Assembly (NCBI GenBank): GCA_965203295.1
Contig: CBDBCZ010000019.1
Span: 704,001 to 768,000 of the forward strand
Reading direction: 5' to 3'
Source of the DNA: Nitrospirales bacterium
GTDB lineage: Bacteria; Nitrospirota; Nitrospiria; Nitrospirales; UBA8639
DNA length: 64,000 nt
In this document: piece after piece, positions 53,494 to 63,035 of the stretch
Position numbering within the stretch: the stretch's first letter is position 1
How the letters are laid out: each line of letters opens with the position of its first letter
The notes under the pieces: model-generated
The model's input: only the letters and a program-made list of their open reading frames with translations
Told to the model about the DNA's origin: nothing
Databases searched by the model: none
Program-made: the position numbers and the translations under genes

Positions 53494-53625
53494 GAAGAAT
53501 CCGACAACCTCCCCGATCCTGACGTCATCGTCGAAGAAATCCAAGCCCTCGAAGCTATCCTCTAGCCAATCTACCTACTCGACGCACTGTTTCAGTCCTT
53601 GCACCACTGCCTTCCGCTGGAATTG
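53494..53625 (+). pseudogene. Scar of type I restriction-modification genes (HsdM-like and HsdS-like C-termini)
   Basis: EESDNLPDPDVIVEEIQALEAIL* followed by LDALFQSLHH..(AFR)..EL. Confidence 0.5.
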
Positions 53626-53855
53626 CGAGGGTCTCCTTCCAGCTTGACCTATAACTTGACTTATACTTGACTAATAATGGCAAGGGTATAGGCCAGGCAT
53701 GAGTATTGACTTACACCTGGCTAAACTTTTAGTAGTCAGTTCAAATGAATTTCACAAAGGCTCCCTGCTTTAATCCCTATTCAAATATGGTAAATCGGAT
53801 TCCTTGGATGGTCGTTTTGTATTTGCTCATCCTTTAGCCAAGAAAATAGGATCCC

Positions 53856-54620
53856 ATGAGTCAGTCATCCCGATTTGAAATACCTGGAACGGACTCGAAA
53901 CTCATTGTCGGTGATCTTATCCCTGGTCAGGAACGACAAATTCTTTTTATCACCGGGTTTCTTTCAAAACGGTGGGGTAACAAAAGCAAGGCTCTCGCTG
54001 AAATGTGCCATCAGCGAAACTGGGGATTTTGCTGCTTTGATTTTCGTGGGAATGGGGACTCTGAAGGCGTATTCCACGACTACACGCTTTGTGATTGGCT
54101 TGATGATGCTCGACAGGTAACGAAGATGATTGCCGATGGTCCTCCTGTGAGCATCATTGGTTCATCATTAGGAGGATGGCTGGCGTGGATCCTTGGGCAA
54201 GAATTCACGCAGGTCAGGCAGCTTTTGTTGCTTGCTCCTGCCTTTAACATGATGGGGAAACGTGCGCAGGATATTTCTCCTTCTCGACGGCAACAGTGGG
54301 AGTAAATAGGGTGGATGCCCTGGGATGATGATGCGCTTCACCGAGGCTTTCCTTTATCCTGGAAATGGGTCGAAGAAAGCGAAAGCTTGTGGGCGCGGCG
54401 ATTTGACCAACCCCGCCGGGTGCCCACACGCCTATTGCATGGGCTACAAGACAATGTGATTCTTCCATCGGGAAGCAGGCATTTTGCGGAGCACCTCCTC
54501 GCGCAAGATCCTCAGTATTCTATCGAACTCTTCTTCAAGACTGGGGATCATCGATTTAGCAGTCCTTCCAATCTGACAACCTTCTTAGAGTTAGCCGCTG
54601 AGAGTTATGAGGCCACCTGA
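53856..54620 (+). pseudogene. Alpha/beta hydrolase with in-frame TAA
   Basis: FDFRGNGDS, GSSLGG, HG.QD, GDHR; the two ORFs are in one frame, separated by TAA 54303-54305. Confidence 0.88.
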
Positions 54621-54763
54621 TGTAGCGCATCGGCCAGCCCTCTGATTTTTCCTCACGTTGGATTTAGCCCTAGCTCAACGAGTATGCTGGCTCATTCCCA
54701 TTTGCCTCAGTTTGCATTAAATTCCCATAGGGTTTTCAAGATGATCACCGGAATTGTCAGACC

Positions 54764-55747
54764 ATGATGTCCCAAACTCCTGATCACCATGAACGAACCA
54801 CTCGTGAAGCCTTGAAAATCCTTGACCAGAAAAGACTTGGGCGTTCGGAGGGAGCCAAAATAGGTCTTGTCGTTCAGGGTGGAGGTATGCGGAGGGTATA
54901 CTCCATGGGAGCCCTGTCGGCTCTTGAGGAAATGGGCTTTGGTCAATGCTTTGATCATGTGGCAGGATCATCGGCCGGTGCACTCAATGGGGCATACTTT
55001 ATCACGGGCCAGGCGAGCTATGGTGTCGAGACCTATATTCACTATTTGAGTCAAAGAGAATTCGTGAATCCCCTCCGTTTCAAGAAAATGGTGGACATTG
55101 ACTATTTGGTGGATCAGATTGGAAAGAAGGTTCGGCCGCTTGATATCGACACACTTCTCTCCGCCGACACCACGCTCCATATTTCGCTGACCCAATGTTC
55201 GAATGGACACACGCGTTTCGTGACCAACAGAACGCCCGGAATCAACTTGTGGGAAGCCTTTCGTGCAAGCGCGGCCATGCCCATCCTCTATAACAAATCC
55301 GTAAAGGTCGGGGACGGTCTCTATGTCGATGGTTCACTCAGATCTCGAGTGCCGATACGAAGGGTGGTTGATTATGGTTGCCGGTATATCGTTGTTATTT
55401 TGACCATGCCTCACTCGCACCGAATCAAACCTAAAAATGCTTGGATTCAATCGCTAAGCTGGCCGGCCACCCGACATTACAGTGACGCTCTCCGGCAAGC
55501 TCTTTTCGGCGAAGATGTGGACTATAACACCACAAAGTCTGACCTCGCACGTAGGAATCCCCAGATCTCCGGGTGTGCCAATGGGGTCGTGGTCATCACG
55601 CCACAAAGGCCGCCCGAAAGGTTTTCCACGATCACGACAGACCCTAAGCAACTGATGCAATGCGCCCTACAAGCCAGAGTCGATACCTGGCATGCCTTTG
55701 GTCAAACGCCACCTCCAATTGACAACCCCTTTGCGACGTCGTTCTGA
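54764..55747 (+). CDS. Patatin-like phospholipase
   Basis: QGGGMR, GSSAG, ASAAMP, VDGS. Confidence 0.88.
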   Translation: MMSQTPDHHERTTREALKILDQKRLGRSEGAKIGLVVQGGGMRRVYSMGALSALEEMGFGQCFDHVAGSSAGALNGAYFITGQASYGVETYIHYLSQREFVNPLRFKKMVDIDYLVDQIGKKVRPLDIDTLLSADTTLHISLTQCSNGHTRFVTNRTPGINLWEAFRASAAMPILYNKSVKVGDGLYVDGSLRSRVPIRRVVDYGCRYIVVILTMPHSHRIKPKNAWIQSLSWPATRHYSDALRQALFGEDVDYNTTKSDLARRNPQISGCANGVVVITPQRPPERFSTITTDPKQLMQCALQARVDTWHAFGQTPPPIDNPFATSF

Positions 55748-55753
55748 AAAATT

Positions 55754-56756
55754 GTGTTAAGTGAAAGATTTCAGATTAAGGGGGTCGGGAGTCTTTTCTT
55801 TTTCAGTAAGAGGGATCGTCTTTGCCTCCAATTTATCTTTTGCGTATGGGCACTGGTCTGTGTTGTGGCTCCCTCAATAGGTCAAGCAGAAGATCCTGAA
55901 GAGGAACCTCGTTTGCCCCTGGCGATGGAGGTCTTTCTTAAAGAAGCCTAAGGAACGTCTGTATGAACTCCACATCCATTTGACCAATATCAGTCATGAG
56001 CCGGTGATGGTTAACGTTCATGACTTGCCTTGGAATCCTCCGAATGATTCTAAGTGGTTATTAGCTTTTCGAATGGATGCCCCCAAAAGTCTGATTGAAC
56101 AGGGTTACGATTTTTCACGTTTCGGATCGCGAGTCGTTCGGTTTCTTGCCGTTGAATCGATCCAAGATAGGGTCGCGTTAAACCCTCGGATTCCTTCTCT
56201 TTGGGAAGAAATTGATCAATTCGGCGTGCAAATTCATTGGGACTGTCCGCCGCCTTCCTTAAAATTTGTGTGCAAAGATGGATCTTCCAATACCATTACC
56301 ATTCCCAAAGAGGATCCTGGCCAACCCGATTTGTATTCCATTGATGAAAAAGCATGCCTTAAGCTTGAACGCAGGATCGGTCTTATCGATATTCCTGAAG
56401 ACCACGACCTGCTCTTTCTCCTCACTACCGAATCTGTGATATCAGATCTCAAAAGGGTTCAGTCCCTTCTCCTTCAGGTCGATGACTATGTTCGACAGTG
56501 TCGACCGATGTGGACGAATAGTTGGGCGGTAAGTTTTTTTACAGAAGAGAAGTATGTGGGATTTCTTAGGGAAGAGGAGAATGAGCACTATTTTGAAAAA
56601 GGCCTCTGGCAACAAGCCAATATTGGGCAGTATTCCAGTCAAATTCGAACTTTATTCCGATTTCCTTGGATCAAGAAAAAGGCTGATACTGTTTACCTTT
56701 CTGTTTATGGATCACGCATCTCTGCAGAAAGCCATGATACCCGTCCTTCGCAGTAG
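55754..56756 (+). pseudogene. Hypothetical exported protein, probable frameshift near 55940
   Basis: Signal-peptide ORF stops at 55951 while the other frame KKPKERLYELHIHLTN runs into ORF 55980-56756. Confidence 0.55.
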
Positions 56757-57031
56757 CCTGCTCCAAAAGGTGGATAAACCCGTAGGCAGTCGTCGACCGA
56801 AGCTTGTGGCTGTTTGCGCGCCGGAGTGGCTCCAGGTGCTTCAAAACATTACTCCCTTGGGTCGTTGGCCTGCTGATTTCAATTAGTCACTCTCTCATTC
56901 CCACAAAGCCTTTAGTCCCATCCCAGATCTTTCTTATGCTCTTGCGTCGTTTAGTCAGCTTACCCCAAAATAGGCTTTCCAGTTTTTGATCCCACGGCAA
57001 CAACGCCGTTCGTTTGTAATTTTGGAACAGT

Positions 57032-57532
57032 ATGAAAACTCTCTATCTGGTGAGGCATGCGAAGTCCTCTTGGAAGGATGCGAGCCTCCCGGATCACGAT
57101 CGCCCATTAAACAAGCGGGGTGAGGAGGATGCCCCGCGGATGGGGAAGCGTTTGGCATGTCGGCGGCCGAAGCCGGAATTAATTATCTCAAGCCCGGCTG
57201 TACGAGCAAAAATGACGGCGAAGCTCCTCGCGACTGGGATCGGTTATCCCAAGGCGAATATTGTCATCGACAAATTGATTTATGAGGCCGAGCCAGAGGA
57301 CTTAATGTCCATCATCCGTGGCCTGGACAACACCGTCGATTGCGTGATGCTTGTTGGCCACAATCCTGCTTTCACCCTACTCGTCAATTCTCTCGCTCGA
57401 TGTAATATTGAGAATGTGCCGACTTGCGGCCTGGCTGTTCTGAAATTCGACATAGTTTCATGGGATGACATTGATCGCGTGACTGGTGAGCTGTTGGATT
57501 TCGACTATCCCAAGAAGACGATTGACGACTGA
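57032..57532 (+). CDS. sixA: SixA phosphohistidine phosphatase
   Basis: LVRHAKSSW, DRPL..RG, SSPAVRA, LVGHNP. Confidence 0.9.
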   Translation: MKTLYLVRHAKSSWKDASLPDHDRPLNKRGEEDAPRMGKRLACRRPKPELIISSPAVRAKMTAKLLATGIGYPKANIVIDKLIYEAEPEDLMSIIRGLDNTVDCVMLVGHNPAFTLLVNSLARCNIENVPTCGLAVLKFDIVSWDDIDRVTGELLDFDYPKKTIDD

Positions 57533-57539
57533 AGATTGT

Positions 57540-58727
57540 ATGGCCGAGACGACAATTGATAGACCCAGCTACCAAGGACCGGCGCTCTTTTTCTATGGAT
57601 TCAGACCATTTTTTCTTGGTGCCGCGCTTTTTTGCGGTGTTGCGGTCCCTGCCTGGGTCCTTATTCTTTCCGGACTTGGTGACTCGGCGTTTCTCTCTGC
57701 TCCGCGGGATTGGCATGTCCATGAAATGGTGTTCGGCTTTCTTCCCGGGGTGATCACCGGTTTCCTGCTGACTGCTATTCCCAACTGGACCGAGCGTCTT
57801 CCGGTCAAGGGTATGCCGCTGATGCTGTTATTTGCATTGTGGTTGTCAGGACGTCTGGTCATCGCGCTCCCGTGGCTCACGCCTCTCGTTACGGCCCTGG
57901 TTGATGGAGCATTTCTTGTTGCTGTGGCAGGGATTGTCTGGCGAGAAATTGTAATCGCTGAGGCCTGGTATCGTTTGCCGATTGGAGTTCTGATCAGCCT
58001 GTATGCAGGTGCGAATATTTTCTTCCATATTCTGGCCCTTAGTGGCGAGGCGACGGATCTTTCCGAGCGAATGGCTCTTGCGCTTGTCATGGTATTGCTT
58101 GCTCTCATCGGTGGACGTATCACTCCCAACTTTACCCACGACTTCTTGGTTCAGGAAGGCATGACCGAAGAGCCCACGCCATTTTCGCGTATCGATGGAG
58201 TGTCGGTCGTTCTCGTAGGAGTTGCCGCGGTGGTTTGGACTGTTCAGCCACAAAACATGGCTACTGGCTGGATGTTGGTGGCGGCAGGTTTAGCCAATCT
58301 AGTCCGCCTTGTGCGCTGGTATGGCTTGGTGACTTGGCGTGAACCGTTAGTGCTGATCCTGCACGTGGGTTATAGCTGGCTGGTGTTGTCGCTGCTCGTC
58401 ATGGGAGGAGCGATTCTTGGATTAGGTATCTCAACGGAGGATGCTGTTCATGCGCTCACGACCGGTGCCGTTGGCGTGATGACCCTGGCGGTCATGACGC
58501 GTGCTAGCCTAGGCCATACGGGAAGGCCAAAACACGCAGGTCCTATGACCATTCTGATTTACCTTCTGGTTAACCTCGGTGCGATATTGCGGTTATTCGG
58601 AGCGACATTTGAGATCCCAACGACGACCATGCTTGGCTTGGCCACAGTTTGTTGGAGTGGTGCCTACATTCTATTCGCCGTGGTCTACGGACCTCTCTTC
58701 CTTCGCCCGAGCACTGACGACGAGTGA
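57540..58727 (+). CDS. nnrS: NnrS family membrane protein
   Basis: GFRPFFL, WHVHEMVFGF, GFLLTAIPNWT, GGRITP.FT, RASLGHTGR. Confidence 0.93.
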   Translation: MAETTIDRPSYQGPALFFYGFRPFFLGAALFCGVAVPAWVLILSGLGDSAFLSAPRDWHVHEMVFGFLPGVITGFLLTAIPNWTERLPVKGMPLMLLFALWLSGRLVIALPWLTPLVTALVDGAFLVAVAGIVWREIVIAEAWYRLPIGVLISLYAGANIFFHILALSGEATDLSERMALALVMVLLALIGGRITPNFTHDFLVQEGMTEEPTPFSRIDGVSVVLVGVAAVVWTVQPQNMATGWMLVAAGLANLVRLVRWYGLVTWREPLVLILHVGYSWLVLSLLVMGGAILGLGISTEDAVHALTTGAVGVMTLAVMTRASLGHTGRPKHAGPMTILIYLLVNLGAILRLFGATFEIPTTTMLGLATVCWSGAYILFAVVYGPLFLRPSTDDE

Positions 58728-58921
58728 AAAGATGGGGCAAAAGATGGAAGAGGAAGCATGGACCACAGCTGCTCAGCCTAACTGCACCTCACCTACTTCT
58801 TTTTCACCGAAGGCTGTTTTCGAAGGTTGCGTTTCCCCAAAGCGGTCAGCGAGACTTTTGATTTCTCTGTCAAAGGCGACGTACAAGAGAATGAACTCAC
58901 GCACATGACCTAAAGGAGTTT

Positions 58922-59413
58922 GTGATGCAGTGTCCGTGTCAAAGTGGAGCCAAGTTTAGTCGGTGCTGTGAGCCCATCATCCGCGGGCTGACACAAGCGG
59001 AAACGGCTGAGCAACTCATGCGGGCCAGGTACACGGCTTATACTCAAGTTGAGATGGACTTTATTGAGCAGACTCACGATCCAAAAACAAGACACGATAT
59101 CGATATGAAGGCCAATCGCGAATAGGCTGAGTCGACCACGTGGGAGAGTCTAGAGATCATTGAGGCCAAACAGGGTGGGGTTGATGATGAGTTCGGTACG
59201 ATCGAATTCAAAGCGACCTATGCGACAGAAGAAGGGCTCCAATATCATCATTAGCTAAGTCAGTTTCATAAACAGGATGGTGTGTGGTTTTACTCTGACA
59301 GTACGTATCCGAAGGGACATACAGTGGTTCGTGCACAACCCAAGGTTGGGCGCAATGATCCTTGCCCCTGCGGGAGTGGAAAGAAGTACAAAAAATGTTG
59401 CGGAGCAGGCTAG
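58922..59413 (+). pseudogene. ychJ: YchJ / SEC-C motif protein with two in-frame TAG stops
   Basis: CPCQSG..CC, TAEQLMRARY, TAG 59123-59125 and 59252-59254, ends [21 protein letters not shown]. Confidence 0.9.
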
Positions 59414-59490
59414 GTGAGAAGAGGGCTATGAATTTACACTGGCTGATAGGTCTGTTCCTGTTGGTGAAATTTTTACGAAAAGTCGCATTT

Positions 59491-59523
59491 GAATGCCCCG
59501 CCTGGAAAGGCGGGGTTCTTTAC
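59491..59523. terminator. GC-rich hairpin, probable intrinsic terminator
   Basis: GCCCCGCCT-GGAA-AGGCGGGGT followed by TCTTT. Confidence 0.5.
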
Positions 59524-59751
59524 TCAATATCCTGAGTAAATTGTCACTGGTATAGATACTCATTTCCAAACTATCTTAGTCCTTCGGCTCAAAGAACGCG
59601 GTTGCTTCATTCACGTGATCACCGGCGCGTGTCAGTTCCCTCTCGAAGTCTTGCATATTTCTGAAGAGCCAGGCACGATTGGCCCCCATTTAGCCAGAGC
59701 CGATCATATTGGCGGTGACATTCATACCAGGTGTTTTAGGAGGATGATTAT

Positions 59752-60072
59752 ATGGAAATGGACCTTTCCAGTTTGAAAAGAATCAAAACCTTTATGGAAT
59801 TCATCAAGAGGACAAAACAAGAAGGCATTAAACTTTCTTTTGTGAATACTCCAACTGAGCATGGCGATAACATTAACGTTGCAGCCACCATCGAAAGGGA
59901 GCAGGTGAACATTGGCATTCTATTTTGGGACGTCAAAGTACTCCAAGACCAAGGGTTGGTCGATACATTGGACGAAGAAGATATGGCTTTAGGGTTAAAT
60001 CTCACGGATGGAATGGTAGACGATGTGGAGAAGATTTTGACGTTTGTGGACGCGAAGCTGGGGAACTCGTAA
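59752..60072 (+). CDS. Hypothetical acidic protein
   Basis: 106 aa ORF with AGGAGG RBS; no family recognised. Confidence 0.6.
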   Translation: MEMDLSSLKRIKTFMEFIKRTKQEGIKLSFVNTPTEHGDNINVAATIEREQVNIGILFWDVKVLQDQGLVDTLDEEDMALGLNLTDGMVDDVEKILTFVDAKLGNS

Positions 60073-60126
60073 AGCTCAGGGTCGTACAGGAACCGTCGGC
60101 TTGAATGAAGACAAATTGTCCAATGA

Positions 60127-61377
60127 CTAGTCGCGTAACATATGCACGAACAAACCATCTCGGAGTTTCGGCTCAAACCATGTACTCTTTGGCGGCATGA
60201 TGCGTTCCGCATCGGATACGGCCATGAGTTCGGCAACGGTCGTGGGGTATAACCAAAACGCCACCGACCAATCACCCTGATCCACCATTACCGCAAGTTG
60301 TTCTGGACCGCGCACACCTCCGACAAAATCAATTCGAGCGTCAGAACGTTGATCCACGATTCCTAACAATGGATCCAATACCCGTTCTGTCAATATGGAG
60401 ACGGCCAAGGAGCGAACTGGATCGTGCTCATGTTTGGACGACGAATTAGGAATCAGTCCTGGTGTGGCCCGATGCCACTGGCCCTCTAAATACATATCGA
60501 ATCCCGCGGAGGGTGGATTGCCAGGTCTTGGTACAATTTTCAGGTCATAGTGCGGTGCGATTGCGTCGAGAAATTGCTTCGGGGACAGGCCATTAAAATC
60601 ACGAACGACTCGGTTATACGGAAGAATCTGAAGCTGGTCGTGCGGGAATATCACGGCCAGAAAGCCTTCCTCGTGGTGACTCGATGTTCTTGTACCGAGG
60701 TTCTTACGCGCGGCGCGTACGCGACTGGCAGCCGCGGAGCGATGGTGGCCGTCTGCAATGTACAACGTTTCGATTTCGCGAAATTCGTCCACCACGCGAC
60801 GAATCGCTGATGGGTCCCGCATGCTCCACACCGTATGTTCGACATGATCATCGGCGACGAATTGTGCATCCGGTGGGGTGGAGGTGACATCTTCGAGCCA
60901 ACGTTCGAATTTTGTCTGGCGGTGGAAAAACAGCAGGACCGGACCGGATTGAGATTCATGGGTTTCGATGAGCCGGACTCGATCTGCTTCCTTCACCGTC
61001 CGAGTGAGCTCGTGCTTCTTAATAATCCCGCGATCGTACTCGTCGACAGATGCGAGTGCCACGAGACCCGTCTGCTCGTGGGATCCCAATTTTTGTCTGT
61101 AGACACCGAGCAAGGGATATTCTTCCTGGGCAAGAATCCCTTCTTTGATGAGATTCCTCAGGTTTTCCGCTCCTATCTCATAGACCGTCGGTGAGTAGGG
61201 ATCGATCCCGCCGTTGAGCTCGAGTTCCGCTCGGCTGACGCGGAGAAAGCTATGTGGATTTCCCTTAGCCATGTCGCGCGCTTCTTCCAACGATACGACG
61301 TCGTATGGAGGCGCGGCAACTTTCTCGGCGAATTCAGGCCTGGGCCTTAGAGCCCGAAACGGAGCGATTATCGCCAT
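60127..61377 (-). CDS. DUF1015 family protein
   Basis: PPYDVV, IKKHELT, YIADGHHR, MPPKSTWFEPKLRDGL. Confidence 0.92.
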   Translation of the reverse strand: MAIIAPFRALRPRPEFAEKVAAPPYDVVSLEEARDMAKGNPHSFLRVSRAELELNGGIDPYSPTVYEIGAENLRNLIKEGILAQEEYPLLGVYRQKLGSHEQTGLVALASVDEYDRGIIKKHELTRTVKEADRVRLIETHESQSGPVLLFFHRQTKFERWLEDVTSTPPDAQFVADDHVEHTVWSMRDPSAIRRVVDEFREIETLYIADGHHRSAAASRVRAARKNLGTRTSSHHEEGFLAVIFPHDQLQILPYNRVVRDFNGLSPKQFLDAIAPHYDLKIVPRPGNPPSAGFDMYLEGQWHRATPGLIPNSSSKHEHDPVRSLAVSILTERVLDPLLGIVDQRSDARIDFVGGVRGPEQLAVMVDQGDWSVAFWLYPTTVAELMAVSDAERIMPPKSTWFEPKLRDGLFVHMLRD

Positions 61378-61472
61378 ATCGTTGTTCTCCTTTTAGGTAG
61401 ATTAAGATTTAAGAAATGTGTAGAGTGACTTAGTAGTCTCTATATGTCAACACTGGGCAAATGGGAAAAACC

Positions 61473-61841
61473 ATGAAACAAGTGATCAAAGCTGTGCTGT
61501 GGGTGGTGTTGGGGATAGTCTTTCTTTCTGCCGGTGGGTCAAGACTCCTTAATCCTGACGTGCATGTAGAGAGGTTTGCGCATTGGGGGTATCCCCTTTG
61601 GTTTCTATATCTCACAGGGGGAATCGAGGTGGTGAGCGGAGCATTTCTTCTGATTCCGAGAGCCCGCTTGTATGGTGTCCTCCTCTTGAGTGTGACTATG
61701 ATAGGAGCCTTCTTGACCCACCTTCGGGCTGGAGAAATGGGGGCGCTTCCCATTCCATTGATTCTTCTGCTCCTTCTCCTCTTTCTCGCGTGGACCATGC
61801 GTCCTTCAAAAATAAAGCCTTCGGAAACTAGTTCCTCTTAA
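61473..61841 (+). CDS. DoxX family membrane protein
   Basis: F..WGYP.WF...G.IE, MIGA..TH. Confidence 0.85.
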   Translation: MKQVIKAVLWVVLGIVFLSAGGSRLLNPDVHVERFAHWGYPLWFLYLTGGIEVVSGAFLLIPRARLYGVLLLSVTMIGAFLTHLRAGEMGALPIPLILLLLLLFLAWTMRPSKIKPSETSSS

Positions 61842-61953
61842 GATATACCGTTTGCCCATTCTGTACCTCCCCTTTTCCCATCCCTCTATGCCTCTCCTCC
61901 ATTGAAAGAGTCCTGGTCCTCGTTCTGGGCAGGTTTTGCTAAACTCTCCTGGC

Positions 61954-62616
61954 ATGAATGCGCTTTACTATCCGTTTCACCTGTGTCATGAAACCACCCT
62001 CCATCGTCTGTTAACGGATTATGAGTGCATTCACTTTCGGGATTATATGGCTCTGCAATTCACGCCCTTGGTCGGGACGATTGCGTTTCCTGATCGGATG
62101 GGAGATTACTACCCCGAGTTCCTGGCGACTGGCCGGATCATTCAGGGCTATAACGTCAGTGGGTCGATGAGCTCAGAGGTCATTGTCTCGGCGAATCGCG
62201 ACTTGGTCGATCCTGAATGGAGATCCTCCTTCCATAAAGCTTTAACGGGTGATTATCGCTTTCAACGAGGGTTGTTTGACATCTCACAACTTCAGCAAGG
62301 TGAGAATTCTGAGTTTCGAGATTCTTCAGTGTGGATGGAGCTCACCAAGTTAGATTGGATGGATGTGCCCTATCAGGTTGAATTGATCCAGGCACTGAGT
62401 CAAACACGGTTATCCGGTGATGCAGCGTTTCGGTTTGAGTATGGTTTCGCTCTGCTTAAAACAGCTGCTGCTCTGGTCTATACTATTCGCCTGTGTCAGC
62501 AACTCAATCTAATTGCTGTAACGGATTCGGTTTCGCACCACGGGCTGCTGGCGAGAACTTGCGAGAGGGATGGTATCGATCTGGCAAACTCCTGCGTGAA
62601 GCGGGAGGAGTACTAG
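61954..62616 (+). CDS. Hypothetical protein
   Basis: Open frame MNALYYPFHLCHE..HFRDYMALQ; no family recognised. Confidence 0.65.
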   Translation: MNALYYPFHLCHETTLHRLLTDYECIHFRDYMALQFTPLVGTIAFPDRMGDYYPEFLATGRIIQGYNVSGSMSSEVIVSANRDLVDPEWRSSFHKALTGDYRFQRGLFDISQLQQGENSEFRDSSVWMELTKLDWMDVPYQVELIQALSQTRLSGDAAFRFEYGFALLKTAAALVYTIRLCQQLNLIAVTDSVSHHGLLARTCERDGIDLANSCVKREEY

Positions 62617-62626
62617 TAGGTATGAA

Positions 62627-62960
62627 GAGTTTCGAGTTTAAGGTTTCGAGTTTCTCGTTCACAGTTCCACATTGCCGGGGTTCGCCCCGGCAGTCGAGGT
62701 CCTTTTGTTTCGGCAAAAGGACCCAAAACCATTCCCGCTCGCGCCCGGCCCTGCGGGTCTCCTTCGTCCCAGCACCGAATCACATGGCTGCGGAACTCGC
62801 TCCGCTCAAACAGTCCTCACCGAATCGTCGGATTCGGCGCTGGGACTCAGCCGCGCGCAAAGTGGAACAAAAAATAAGGTGCCAAATTTTTTAAAACTTT
62901 AGCGGGGATCCATCTTTCTTTAATCAGACTGGATGCCTCCTAGCGACTCCGGAGATGACA
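62627..62960 (-). repeat. Structured repeat, copy B (inverted near-identical copy of A)
   Basis: Only a handful of substitutions versus 7295-7586 by eye. Confidence 0.95.
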
Positions 62961-63035
62961 TCTCAGGTGCCCTTTTTCCGCTTTCGGCTTCTTCAGGTTC
63001 TTCTTCACTCACTCAATATCCGAAAGAACTGACTC

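Noticed and set aside
55778..55800. AAGGGGGTCGGGAGTCTTTT REP-like motif
   Set aside because: Single copy in the window with no partner palindrome or transposase, so it cannot be supported.
23087..59254. Stop-codon reassignment or readthrough explaining in-frame stops (ino1 TGA, pncA TAA, hydrolase TAA, ychJ TAG x2)
   Set aside because: All three stop codons are involved and they replace different expected residues (G, E, W, E). Intact genes end normally with all three stops, and some of the same genes carry other lesions. These are simple nonsense mutations.
7260..62960. CRISPR array or protein-coding interpretation of the repeat family
   Set aside because: Copies are dispersed, with no repeat-spacer periodicity and no cas genes. 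The ORFs over them (e.g. FRQKDPKPF) occur in several frames and strands and are shadows of the repeat.
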